Of a stretch of 64,000 bases of DNA, positions 39,286-48,730 are shown piece by piece. The notes below the pieces were generated by a model. The model had not been told where the DNA came from. It did no database searches and saw nothing but the letters and a program-made list of their open reading frames with translations. The translations under genes and the position numbers were made by a program. Every line of letters begins with the position of its first letter. The first letter of the stretch is position 1. Location of the stretch: contig JBMSEL010000007.1 in NCBI GenBank assembly GCA_049412325.1, positions 4,626 through 68,625 on the forward strand. The letters are read 5' to 3'. Source of the stretch: Poseidonia sp. (GTDB lineage: Archaea > Thermoplasmatota > Poseidoniia > Poseidoniales > Poseidoniaceae).

Positions 39286-40479
39286 ATGTTCACAGGCACC
39301 GTAGAAGCGAAAAGCCACGAAGGTGGCCTACTGGTGCACTTTGACGGTTCATCGCCAGCCTTGAACGCCATCATGGTCCGAGCCGACGACGGCGCCTACA
39401 TCGGCAAAGTGGACGGAGTCATCGGTAGCACCGACCGACCGCTCGCTCACGTAGCCCACATCGACCGCTCGCTCGACATGGACAGCTTGATTGGAATCTC
39501 GGTCTCCGTTCGCGCCAAGAAAAAGCCGACTGAGCAGCGTCAGGACCGCCGGCAAGGCGAGCGAAGAGAAGGGAACACGCGCCACTGGGACCGACGAGGT
39601 GACGACCGTCGCCAAGATGGACGAAACAACCGTGGGTACCGAAATGACAGAGGTGGCGACCGACGCTCCAACGACCGCCAAGGCGGCCGAGACCATCGAG
39701 GCTCCCGAGATGGAGGTCAAGACCAGCGAACCTACGACGATTGGACCTGTCCAAAATGCAACAACTCCAACTTTGCCCGCCGCACGGTCTGCAACCGATG
39801 CGAAGAGCCCCGACCCGGTGGTGGCGGCCAGCGTAACGACCGTGGCGGTGATCGACACTTCAACAACCGGCAAGGCGGACGGGATAACCGTGGATTCAGA
39901 AACGACCGTGGCGGAGATAACCGTGGATTCAGAAACGACCGTGGCGGGGATAACCGTGGATTCAGAAACGACCGTGGGCGTCGAGACCAGGGCCGACCCC
40001 AACGGAACACCTTCAACGATAACGATTGGACCTGTCCGCAATGTAACAACTCCAACTTCTCGTTCCGAAACGCCTGCAACCGATGCGAGGCACCTCGACC
40101 AGGTGGCGGCGGTGGCGGTGGTCAACGAGGCGGAGGCCGCCCTTCCTATGGTGGCCAACGCAACGACCGGCGTCAAAGTGGCGGGTACCGAAACGATCGT
40201 GGTGACCGAGGTGGAGACCGACGCTCATCTTACGGCGGACAGCGCAACGAAGGGGGCCGAGGCTTCCGGGACGGTGGGCGACGAGACGGTGGCGGCCGCG
40301 GACAAGGTCGCTGGCAAGGCGGCCGTGACGACCGCCCACGTGGTGGAGGTGGCCCTCAACGTCGTGGCCCCTCTGATGGAAGCTTTCGAAGAGCCAAAGG
40401 CAAGCGCTCCGGCCATGCCCATAACCGTCCACCTCAAGATTTCAGAGCGCCCCGTTCATTTGAACGAAAAGAAGACTGA
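39286..40479 (+). CDS. Gar1-like (H/ACA RNP) domain protein fused to two RanBP2-type zinc fingers and an extended RGG/Gly-Arg-rich (GAR) region
   Basis: N-terminal 80 aa match the Gar1 barrel pattern (GTVEAKSHEGGLLVHF...YIGKVDGVIGSTDRPLAHV). Two W-C-x2-C-x3-N-x6-C-x2-C fingers (WTCPKCNNSNFARRTVCNRC and WTCPQCNNSNFSFRNACNRC). There are more than 25 R-G-G/N-D-R-G-G repeats. Confidence 0.6.
   Translation: MFTGTVEAKSHEGGLLVHFDGSSPALNAIMVRADDGAYIGKVDGVIGSTDRPLAHVAHIDRSLDMDSLIGISVSVRAKKKPTEQRQDRRQGERREGNTRHWDRRGDDRRQDGRNNRGYRNDRGGDRRSNDRQGGRDHRGSRDGGQDQRTYDDWTCPKCNNSNFARRTVCNRCEEPRPGGGGQRNDRGGDRHFNNRQGGRDNRGFRNDRGGDNRGFRNDRGGDNRGFRNDRGRRDQGRPQRNTFNDNDWTCPQCNNSNFSFRNACNRCEAPRPGGGGGGGQRGGGRPSYGGQRNDRRQSGGYRNDRGDRGGDRRSSYGGQRNEGGRGFRDGGRRDGGGRGQGRWQGGRDDRPRGGGGPQRRGPSDGSFRRAKGKRSGHAHNRPPQDFRAPRSFERKED
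39883..39981 (+). repeat. Three tandem 33-bp direct repeats (gataaccgtggattcagaaacgaccgtggcggr) encoding DNRGFRNDRGG x3 inside the Gar1-RGG gene, within a wider degenerate RGG-repeat array (~39560-40330)
   Basis: Visible near-perfect periodicity in the sequence. Confidence 0.8.
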
Positions 40480-40493
40480 ATGGACGTGAGACC

Positions 40494-41534
40494 ATGAGCG
40501 CCGAATCGCATTACCTCAATGCGTTGGAAGCCCTCGACGAAGGCGACCGGGACCTTGCCAAAACCGAGGCAAAAAAGGCAGTTACACTTGACCCTGACCA
40601 CCTTGAAGCGTGGTCGGTCTATGTCGAGGCGTGCCTTCCACCAGCCCCTACGCCACCGACGATGGTCCAAGCTGCCCAAGCGCTTTCTGCGGTGAAGAAG
40701 ATCGTCGCCGCTGACCCAAGTCGAATGGACATGTGGGTTCGTGGTGGACGTTTGATGGCCGACGACTTGGGTATGCTCCACGATGCCCTTCACTGGTGGC
40801 AATCCTGCCGAGACGTCGCCCCTGACGAAGTCACCCCCGTTGTTGAGATGGCGTCCATTTTGGCCGATATGGGTGAATACAGTCTCGCTCAGGAACGTCT
40901 TCAATCCATTTTGGACGATAACATGGACGTGGGGATGACGCAATTCAGGAAAATCAACAGCCTGCTCCAACTGGTGCGTGCGGCTGCCACGCAACAGCCA
41001 CAGGACATCTTCAAGCCCTACGAGCGTCATCACGACGGTTGGATTGCTATTCGCAACAAGATGGTCAAGCCACCAATGTCGCAGAACTTCATCTTCCTCA
41101 TCACGGCGTTGCCAATTTTGCTCATTCTCTTGATTCTCCTTCAGGGAATGCGCCCCGAGAGTTTCAACATCGTCACCCTGTGTTTCAACACCCTCGCCAT
41201 CCTCATCGTGATTCTGGTGTGCGCCCGTAACGCCAAACGCTGGTTCCAAATCATCAATCGGCCAGCGTTTAACTTGCTCCGAGCCATGAATTTTGAGGCT
41301 GCTACCGGATACACCGTCATGGACGAGGAGATCCGCACCTCCGTGCTCTACATGTACATCATGCAGCGAAAACCACTTTCGTGGCAAGAACGCATGCTCA
41401 AAATCATTGACAAGGGCAAGCCACTGCCCAACAACTGGCGGATGCGTCTTCCTGATTTCGACTCACACATGGATGCAGAGGGGCACATTCCCATCGAGGA
41501 AGGACCCCTGCTCGAAGCCTACGAAGAAGAGTGA
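40494..41534 (+). CDS. Hypothetical protein with an N-terminal TPR-like helical domain, two central TM helices and a C-terminal cytoplasmic domain
   Basis: ORF. TM segments FIFLITALPILLILLILLQG and IVTLCFNTLAILIVILVCA. TPR-like N-terminus (NALEALDEGDRDLAKTEAKKAVTLDPDHLEAW). Confidence 0.45.
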   Translation: MSAESHYLNALEALDEGDRDLAKTEAKKAVTLDPDHLEAWSVYVEACLPPAPTPPTMVQAAQALSAVKKIVAADPSRMDMWVRGGRLMADDLGMLHDALHWWQSCRDVAPDEVTPVVEMASILADMGEYSLAQERLQSILDDNMDVGMTQFRKINSLLQLVRAAATQQPQDIFKPYERHHDGWIAIRNKMVKPPMSQNFIFLITALPILLILLILLQGMRPESFNIVTLCFNTLAILIVILVCARNAKRWFQIINRPAFNLLRAMNFEAATGYTVMDEEIRTSVLYMYIMQRKPLSWQERMLKIIDKGKPLPNNWRMRLPDFDSHMDAEGHIPIEEGPLLEAYEEE

Positions 41535-41690
41535 TCCTGCTCCCGGCATGCTGTTCACGCCAGGGTTGCGTCGGTGAATGAGGCGCATTGTTTCCACCAA
41601 AATTCACAACGAGGTTCGAACCACGTCAACAACCCCGCCTGCAATCATCATCACCATGGGCAGGACAACGGCGACCGTTCACCATCCGGT

Positions 41691-41885
41691 TCAGCGCCGA
41701 ACCGTAGCGTGCAGTGGGTGGTCCGGCAGCGCTGGGCCTTGCTCCCACACGTCGTGGTTCAAGGCAAATCCAAGCAGGCCGATCAGCAAACCAAGACCCA
41801 TGACGGGCCCAAGCGGAATCCCAACAATTCCCATCCATTTCCCGAGGCGAGCCTGACGGCCCAGCCGCTCAAGGTCTTCGGACAC
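41691..41885 (-). CDS. Candidate small membrane protein (64 aa, GTG start) in the 376-nt convergent intergenic region
   Basis: Single clear TM helix (WMGIVGIPLGPVMGLGLLIGLLGFAL). No other support. Confidence 0.25.
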   Translation of the reverse strand: MSEDLERLGRQARLGKWMGIVGIPLGPVMGLGLLIGLLGFALNHDVWEQGPALPDHPLHATVRR

Positions 41886-41911
41886 GGGAGGAATTCCCCG
41901 CCCTCAAAGCC

Positions 41912-44900
41912 TCACTGTTGCGATTGAGCGTACTGGACAGCGTACTGCTGTGCATATGCTGCGGCCGTCGCTGCATCGTAGCCTTGAGCCACGAACTGCT
42001 GGTAGTACTGTTCGTACACCGCTTGGTCGAAGCCTGCTGCGGGTTGTGCTGCTGGCTGCGCTGCTGCGGGCTGAGCTGCTGCTGCGGGCTGAGCCGCTGC
42101 ACCGCCAACGTACTGCGCTGCAAAGGCCCTCGCTGTTTCCTCAGGGTAGCCCTGAGCGATGAGTTGTTGCACGTACTGCTCGGTCGGGTCAAGCGCATCA
42201 GCGCCAAATGCCCCTTCCATACCGCCGAAGGCATCGTCCTTGTCCGAACCCTTGCGCATGAACATCAGCGAACCACCGATGATCAAGAGCAACACGATGC
42301 CGCCAATGAGGAGCACCATGGGGTCAAGACCACCAGAAGCATCGTCGCCATCGGTGGTGGTTTGGGTGTTGTCGGTCCACTCACCGGTGAGCGGGTCGTA
42401 GGACCAAGCACCTTCCCATTGACAGTCGCCGTTCGCGTCGAGCACAAACTCGCCACCGGCATCGATGGCTCGCTGATCTGCCTCAAGGCCCTGACAGGCA
42501 GGGAGTTTGAGTTCAATCGATTTGGTCGTGACCCAACGCTCGTTAGGGTAGGTGCCCTCGTAATACTTGAGGAAGACCGTACGAGTGACGGGCTCGTTCG
42601 TGTAGAAGCTGCTCATATCGAGCGTCAACTCGAAGTTCTCACCGTCGCTGAGGTTGTCGCTCTTGGCCCAGAGGTCCTGTTGGCCCAACTGGTACTTGAT
42701 GGCCGCAGATGCACTGAGGTTGTCCAAGAAGAACGCCGCTTCGACGTAGACTTCACCGGTCTCCGAGCCCGAGAGGACCTTGCCGGTGAGGGTGATGGTG
42801 TCGTCGACGAATTGGGTGCCGTCCAAGTTAGCGTTGTCCCACTGCACGTCGGGCTCCTCATCGCCGAAGCCATCGGGCACGACGACGAAGTACATGCGGT
42901 GCTTCTCAGAGAACTTGCCTGCACTGTCGTAAACGACCAGTTCAATTCGAATCTGGTTCTCTGTCGTAGCGGTTGAATCAACGGTCACGTTCTTGAATTT
43001 GTACGACCATTGGCCACCGCTTGCTGCGGTTTGGGTGAACGTGTGGCCGTCCAAGTCGAACGAATCGTCGCCGTAGGGTGCGTCAAAGAGAACCTTCCAT
43101 TCGTAGGTCTCAATGCCGTTGCCGTCAAGGGCGTCCATATCCATGGATTCGCTGGCATCGAAGTGGATGATCAGTTCGGCGTCGTCGCCTTCACCTTGCA
43201 GAATGAGACGGTGAACGTCCCATTCCACATTGGAGACCGTCTTGGTGCCCATGAACTCAACGTTGTCTTCGTAGTCCGTTCGCATGTCGATCACAGCGTC
43301 GGCCTCGGGTCGGAATTCATCAGCGTAGACATCGTTGGTCTCGACCACGACGTCGATGGTTCGGGCGTGGCCGTTGTCGTCGTGGAGCATCAGCGTGATG
43401 TGCCATTGCTCGCCCTGAGCGCAGCCGGTTTGCGACGCAAGGTCAGCCTTACAGAAGGACATCACGGGAGACATCTCGGTGGAGTGCCCGGTGACACCGG
43501 CAGCAAGGGTGCTGCCGTCCCAGTTGGTGGGGCCGTCGATGATCCAGTCGGCTTCCAAGGTCTCGGTGGTCGAGGTCGTGAAGCCGAAGGTCAAGGTGGC
43601 GTCGCTCTTCATGTAGCGGAGCGCATACTTGCCGGTGCTGGGGTCGATACCGGGGACTTCACCGTTGATGGTCAAGTCCAGGCCGTTGCCGAGCGTGCCA
43701 AAGCCGTCGGGGTACGGGTTGACTTGGTACTGCAGGAGGTTGCCCATGAGCGGGAAGGTGGAGCTGTCGGCTCGCTCAGAGTGTGTGGCAATGTCAATGG
43801 TCGAGATGATCATCCCGCCAGAGAAGTAGCTGCAGACACCCAGAACGGTGTCCTGAATGTCCTCGGTTGAGCGAATAAGGCGCTGGAAGTAGCCGCCATC
43901 TTCCATGTAGCCGTTGCAGGTCTCAGGCACGTTGTTGGTGCTGACCGACTTGGTGTTCAACACAGCTTGGGCTACACCGGAGTTGGCGTCAAAGCCCTGG
44001 AAAGCGTTCACGTCAATGTTGTCCATGACCGGGTGGTAGGGGTCAGCGAGATCCATGGTAGCGTAGGTGACCTGGGTGCTGGCCGTGTCTCGACTCTGGA
44101 TGTCGAGGCCGAACGGCAGGCGACCGGCCAATCCCTGATCGAGACCGTAGATTTGGCTGCCGAGCGGGCCAAGATGGGCCTGCACGGTACCGCCGGCGGA
44201 CATGAAGTTCTCAAGCACCGTTCGGCGAGCAGGCTCACCAAGGTACTGATAGTAGCCATCACCGCCAAATTGCGTGTCCTTCGCCACCAACACATCCTGC
44301 CATGGCAGCACAATCTTGTCGTAGTGGGTGAACCAACCGGCATCGAAGTATGTACTCCAGTCGTTGATCTCGTACTGGGTGTAGGACATACCGAGGATGG
44401 CCAAATCTTGCTTGATGGCCGTGGTGCGTGATGAGGTGTCCGAAAGGATGGCGACGTCAACATGGTCGGCAAAGGTGGCGTGGAAGTAACGCTCGTTACC
44501 AGTTTCGCTGCCATCTGCCAAGCGTCCATAGAAGCTGATGTTGTAGGTCTTGCCATCCATCCATCCGTTCCAGGGTGTGAACGAGACCGTGGTCTTCTGT
44601 TGACTCTGGAGGGTGACAGCCGGTCCAGAGTCCACGATGTGGGCTTGGCTACCGTCAGCCATGTCAGTGACTTCCATGTAAAACACATAATCACCGGCAA
44701 GCACACCGTTGGTGGCTTGGATGTCCCAAGAGTGCGTCAAGGCACTGTCGATGGGCAGGACACACGCCAGGCTCTGGTCGTCGTGGCAAGCGAGGATATT
44801 GGGCTTGCCAATGGAGATGTCAACCGATTCGACGTTGAAGATGACACGCTCGATGTTGTTGGCTTCAGACAGTTCGTTGTCGTTATACCATGACTTACCA

Positions 44901-47900
44901 ATCGTGGTGTTGTCAAAGACGGTCTTGACATCCAAGCGATACACGCCCGAAAAGAACTCGTGGCTGGCGATGACGTTCGTAGCAGCATCTTCAGCGTCCA
45001 CATTGGTCCGAGAATCGGTGTAGACTGCATCTTGGACGAAGGTGTACTCTTGCAGGGAGATGTTGTTGAATCCAATGCCCTTGAAGCCATCGTTGATGCC
45101 GTTGCGGCCGTCATCGTCCGACTGGAAGTCAAAGTGGACGTCCACCATGGAACCCTGGAGCGACATGCACTCGGTTCGCCACTGGCTGGAGTCTGGGGAA
45201 GACCGGTTTTGGATGTACAAGTGAGTCAAGTCAATGCTCGTGGTCTTGACAAGTTCATCGGAGTTGAAGAACACGTTGTAGTTGCCGCTGCCATCGGTGT
45301 TCGCCGGGTCGCCGATGAAGGACAACTCGGTTTGGTCGATGGATTCGGTTGCGTTGACGATCCCGTTGCCATCGTCGTCGTTCTGACAGGTACCGTCTTC
45401 GTTGTAGTCATTCCATTGAGCGAAGACCAAACCGGTGTAATTGGCGCCGTCTTTGTCGTAGTCAACCGACATGGTGGCGTAGTCACTAGGATCGACATTG
45501 CCGTTCTGGTCGATGGTGTAGAACGTGTCAGCATAGTATTCGAAGTTGAGTGAAACGAAGTCGCCGCTCATGCTCGTCAGGTCGATGTTGGGGATGGTCA
45601 GGGTTTCGTTGGCCCAAGCATCGTCGTAGCCGAGGGTACCGGTATCACAGGGGTGGCCGAACCAGTAGGCGTTGTTGTTGAAGATCTTGGTCGAACACGA
45701 GTTTTCGTTGTAAATGGCACCCTTCGGTTGCTGGTTCTCTTCGTAGCGGTAGCCTTGACTTCCGCCCTCAAAGGTTTCCTCACAGACCGCTGAAGGTGTA
45801 CCGCAGTACACGTCCGATGGCGTAGCGGAATAGACCGTTGCCTCGATACCAAAGTCCACCGGGGTGTTACCGTAGTTGTTGGTGGTCACCGAGATGTCAA
45901 ACGTACCTTCAGCATAAAGGCCACCAGGATTGAAGAAGTCGATGGACTCCACGGTGGGGTCGTACAAATTGAACGGTGTGACATAACCGATGACGTCATC
46001 GTTGATGTCCTGTTCATCCCAAGCGTTGTTGGAAATGGTCGCCGAGATTCGATAGGTGGTATCGTTGAGCAGGTTAGCCTGAATGGACGTGGTGTACTCT
46101 TGGCCGGGCTCGAGGTTGCTGAGCGGCCCGATGGTGGTGGATTGCGTTTGCGGGTTGGGCAAGAAGGCGGTGTTTTGCTTCCAGATGGTCAGGTTGTCAA
46201 CGGCATAGCCATCACGGCCACTCCATTGGGATTCGTTGTCGTTTGCCGTTGAACCTTCGAAACCGGTGCGGAAACGGAAGCGGATGTCAACGGTTTCGCC
46301 AGCCCAGAAGGACAGGTCGAAAGCCCCGAGGTCTTCCTCGGTGAAGTTGTCCCAACCGTAGTAAGTTCCAGCAGAGAAGAGACCGTAGTACACGATGTTT
46401 TCTGGGGCTGCACCCCAGGAGTTTTGCTTGAAGAGACGGTCGTTGTCAAAGCCACCCCAAATGGTAGCACCAGAAGGACAGGCGCCTTCAATGGCCGCTT
46501 GCTGTGGGCAACCGATAAGGTTCCAGCCAGTTTCCTCGCTTCCAACCTCAACGATGGCCAAGTCATCCCAAACATCCCCGACGATGAAGCCGGTTCCGTC
46601 AGAATTTCCGAGGGCCCCAAGCCCAAGGTGGCGGAAGAGTTCAACGCTCATGAAGGCACGGTCGGCGCCGGTCAAATCAACATCGTTGAGCACCATGGCG
46701 TCGTCCCAATTCTTACCAAAGCCGCTCCAAGTGTCGCCAGAGGAATTGGTCTTCATGTTCCCGGCCCACATGAAGTCGGTCGGATTGATGTAGTTCGCAG
46801 AAACGTTGGCGTCGTTGTTGCCCCCGCCAGTGGCGCCGGTCGAATGGTTCGTTTCCAAGTGCCAGTTGGTTGTACCGTCGACGTACTCCTCAAAGCTCCA
46901 TGAACAGCCAGATCCGCAACCGGTCTTGTCCTCAGCTGAGTCCCAATCGTTGGCGTAAACAGTGTTGTTGGTGGAGTTGGCTTCATCAACGATCTTCAGT
47001 TCGACATCAAGGTCAGCAGTTTGACCGTTGAGGGTGTCCATGCCGGTGTTGGTGACGGTGACGTTGATCGTGCGTGTTCCTTCACCAACCAAGCCAAAGA
47101 AGCGGTCGGTCGGAGAGATATCAAGGGAGGTGACGGCCAAGTCTTTGTTGTCCATTTCAACAACCGTGAGCGTATCGTATTGACCAGCCCATCCGAAGTT
47201 GTCTCGCCAACCACCGAAGTTGTAGTTGGTGTGACCGACCACGAGGTCTGGGGCCGAGCTCGAACCACCCTGAAGTTGACCAACGGCCACGGCGGAGGGG
47301 CGGCGGCCTGCTGGGTAGGACAATGGGCTCACGTGTCCACCGTTGCCATCAGAAAGCGTGACTTGAACGGTGGTAGGGAAGTTGAGGAAGAAACTCGAGG
47401 TGACTCCACCAGCGGAGTCCGAGGTGTTTTGCTGGAAAGCGATGGTGGGGTTGATGAAATCAGGTTCGCTATCGCCGTTGAGGTCGGCCACTTGGATTGC
47501 CCACGAGATGTAGGGGCCAAAGTAGGCGAGTTGTGAATTTCCGAAGGTGCCTTGAGCAGAGGCTTGCTTGAAGCTCACATTTTCGAGGTTGCTGTCCATC
47601 ACAGCAATGGTGTCGACGTAGCCGACGCCGCCGATGTCAGCGATGGAGAAATCTTCGGTGGTGCCAACGCCCATGTTGATGACGTGGGTGTTGGCTTGGT
47701 TGGTGCCGTAGGAATAGGTGGCGGGGTAGTTCTGGAGTTGACAGTCGTACTCAATGACAGTGATGTTGTCGTCGTTGCCGGGGTTGGTGACTTGCCCGGT
47801 GGAGTAATCGAGACCTTCGCTTCGCAGAAGGAAGATGTCGTCATCGGTACAAGCGCCGGTCAGCCCGCTCTGAGATTCACCGTAATCGCCGACCTCGATG

Positions 47901-48655
47901 GACCGGTACGTGTTGGATTGCGAGGATCCCAGTGCTGTGGGAATGCCGTTGGTGGCCGAGGTGATCGGGCTGCGATAAGTCACGACCCGCTGCGTGGTGA
48001 TGTCGCTGAGAAGGTCGAGCACGTAGATGTCGTCGTTGCCGTCTTGGTCTGCGTCGCCAACGGTCATGTCCCACACCCAAAAGTGGGTAAACCGCTCGCC
48101 GATGGACCAGTCTCGGTTGCTACAACCGCCGTTCTCAATGATGGTGACGTTGCCGGGCTCAGCGGCAGGTGCGCCTTGGTCGTTGGTCTTGAACGGATTG
48201 TTCTTCTGATAGATGACGATGTCAATGGCTGAGTCGCCGGTGAATTCACCCACTTCCACCTGCTCAACGTTTGCAAACTCATCCCAGTCAGCATTGCGGC
48301 TTTGGTTGCCAGCCACCCAAATGTCCTGGCGTTCGTTGAAGTTGCCGAAGCCGTCGTTGTAGAGGATGGTCATCGAGTGCGTGCCGTCCGTAGCGACAGC
48401 CATGTCGTTGTGGCCATCACAGTCGAAGTCACCGATGGCGACATCCATGGGGTCGCGATTGGTGGTGTAGGTTCGTGCAACCGATGCACTGGCGGTGGTT
48501 GCCAGCGCGGCGGTGGTGCTGAGCACCATCAGCAGCGTGAGGAAAATACTGCGCATTCGGGCTTTAGAGAGGTCGTTTTGGGTTGACATGGACATCACTT
48601 GTCCTCGCGACGGCCTGTTCGGATATAATGCCTTTGCACTCAAGTTCCCCTTCAA
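41912..48655 (-). CDS. Giant (~2,230 aa) cell-surface protein with FG-GAP/integrin-alpha-like repeats, a C-terminal TM anchor and a low-complexity cytoplasmic tail. The likely start is the MSMSTQND methionine at ~48595.
   Basis: Signal peptide (IFLTLLMVLSTTAALATTASA), DxDxDG-type FG-GAP-like motifs (DFDCDGHNDMAVATDG, DADQDGNDDIYV, DLNGDSEPDF) and T/N/D-rich beta composition. C-terminal TM (LLIGGIVLLLIIGGSLMF), then AAQPAAAAQPAAAQPAAQPAA and a Q/Y/A-rich tail. A TATA-like ttatat lies ~30 nt upstream on the minus strand. Confidence 0.7.
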   Translation of the reverse strand: MKGNLSAKALYPNRPSRGQVMSMSTQNDLSKARMRSIFLTLLMVLSTTAALATTASASVARTYTTNRDPMDVAIGDFDCDGHNDMAVATDGTHSMTILYNDGFGNFNERQDIWVAGNQSRNADWDEFANVEQVEVGEFTGDSAIDIVIYQKNNPFKTNDQGAPAAEPGNVTIIENGGCSNRDWSIGERFTHFWVWDMTVGDADQDGNDDIYVLDLLSDITTQRVVTYRSPITSATNGIPTALGSSQSNTYRSIEVGDYGESQSGLTGACTDDDIFLLRSEGLDYSTGQVTNPGNDDNITVIEYDCQLQNYPATYSYGTNQANTHVINMGVGTTEDFSIADIGGVGYVDTIAVMDSNLENVSFKQASAQGTFGNSQLAYFGPYISWAIQVADLNGDSEPDFINPTIAFQQNTSDSAGGVTSSFFLNFPTTVQVTLSDGNGGHVSPLSYPAGRRPSAVAVGQLQGGSSSAPDLVVGHTNYNFGGWRDNFGWAGQYDTLTVVEMDNKDLAVTSLDISPTDRFFGLVGEGTRTINVTVTNTGMDTLNGQTADLDVELKIVDEANSTNNTVYANDWDSAEDKTGCGSGCSWSFEEYVDGTTNWHLETNHSTGATGGGNNDANVSANYINPTDFMWAGNMKTNSSGDTWSGFGKNWDDAMVLNDVDLTGADRAFMSVELFRHLGLGALGNSDGTGFIVGDVWDDLAIVEVGSEETGWNLIGCPQQAAIEGACPSGATIWGGFDNDRLFKQNSWGAAPENIVYYGLFSAGTYYGWDNFTEEDLGAFDLSFWAGETVDIRFRFRTGFEGSTANDNESQWSGRDGYAVDNLTIWKQNTAFLPNPQTQSTTIGPLSNLEPGQEYTTSIQANLLNDTTYRISATISNNAWDEQDINDDVIGYVTPFNLYDPTVESIDFFNPGGLYAEGTFDISVTTNNYGNTPVDFGIEATVYSATPSDVYCGTPSAVCEETFEGGSQGYRYEENQQPKGAIYNENSCSTKIFNNNAYWFGHPCDTGTLGYDDAWANETLTIPNIDLTSMSGDFVSLNFEYYADTFYTIDQNGNVDPSDYATMSVDYDKDGANYTGLVFAQWNDYNEDGTCQNDDDGNGIVNATESIDQTELSFIGDPANTDGSGNYNVFFNSDELVKTTSIDLTHLYIQNRSSPDSSQWRTECMSLQGSMVDVHFDFQSDDDGRNGINDGFKGIGFNNISLQEYTFVQDAVYTDSRTNVDAEDAATNVIASHEFFSGVYRLDVKTVFDNTTIGKSWYNDNELSEANNIERVIFNVESVDISIGKPNILACHDDQSLACVLPIDSALTHSWDIQATNGVLAGDYVFYMEVTDMADGSQAHIVDSGPAVTLQSQQKTTVSFTPWNGWMDGKTYNISFYGRLADGSETGNERYFHATFADHVDVAILSDTSSRTTAIKQDLAILGMSYTQYEINDWSTYFDAGWFTHYDKIVLPWQDVLVAKDTQFGGDGYYQYLGEPARRTVLENFMSAGGTVQAHLGPLGSQIYGLDQGLAGRLPFGLDIQSRDTASTQVTYATMDLADPYHPVMDNIDVNAFQGFDANSGVAQAVLNTKSVSTNNVPETCNGYMEDGGYFQRLIRSTEDIQDTVLGVCSYFSGGMIISTIDIATHSERADSSTFPLMGNLLQYQVNPYPDGFGTLGNGLDLTINGEVPGIDPSTGKYALRYMKSDATLTFGFTTSTTETLEADWIIDGPTNWDGSTLAAGVTGHSTEMSPVMSFCKADLASQTGCAQGEQWHITLMLHDDNGHARTIDVVVETNDVYADEFRPEADAVIDMRTDYEDNVEFMGTKTVSNVEWDVHRLILQGEGDDAELIIHFDASESMDMDALDGNGIETYEWKVLFDAPYGDDSFDLDGHTFTQTAASGGQWSYKFKNVTVDSTATTENQIRIELVVYDSAGKFSEKHRMYFVVVPDGFGDEEPDVQWDNANLDGTQFVDDTITLTGKVLSGSETGEVYVEAAFFLDNLSASAAIKYQLGQQDLWAKSDNLSDGENFELTLDMSSFYTNEPVTRTVFLKYYEGTYPNERWVTTKSIELKLPACQGLEADQRAIDAGGEFVLDANGDCQWEGAWSYDPLTGEWTDNTQTTTDGDDASGGLDPMVLLIGGIVLLLIIGGSLMFMRKGSDKDDAFGGMEGAFGADALDPTEQYVQQLIAQGYPEETARAFAAQYVGGAAAQPAAAAQPAAAQPAAQPAAGFDQAVYEQYYQQFVAQGYDAATAAAYAQQYAVQYAQSQQ
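41990..42115. repeat. Low-complexity GCTGCKG(C/G) repeat tract encoding the (A/Q/P)n cytoplasmic tail of the giant surface protein
   Basis: Direct observation of repeated gctgctgcgggctgagc units. Confidence 0.6.
48618..48640 (-). promoter_or_regulatory. TATA-like box (minus-strand ttatat) ~25-30 nt upstream of the probable ATG of the giant surface-protein gene, suggesting a leaderless or short-leader transcript
   Basis: Plus-strand ggatataatg at 48621-48630. Confidence 0.35.
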
Positions 48656-48730
48656 CTTGGGCGCAAGCCCTCGTTTATGTTCAAAAAATGAAGGCTTTTC
48701 TCCCTTCGTTTCTCAGTGGAAAGAACGTGT

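Noticed and set aside
39349-40176. 275-aa minus-strand ORF inside the Gar1-RGG gene
   Set aside because: Artefact of the repetitive GC-rich RGG-coding repeats. Its translation is an S/V/T low-complexity mirror of the repeats.
41535-41911. Other small ORFs in the 376-nt convergent spacer (41574..41927 plus, 41626..41838 minus)
   Set aside because: H/N/P/R-rich translations without hydrophobic cores or motifs. Only the 64-aa TM-containing ORF was retained, at low confidence.
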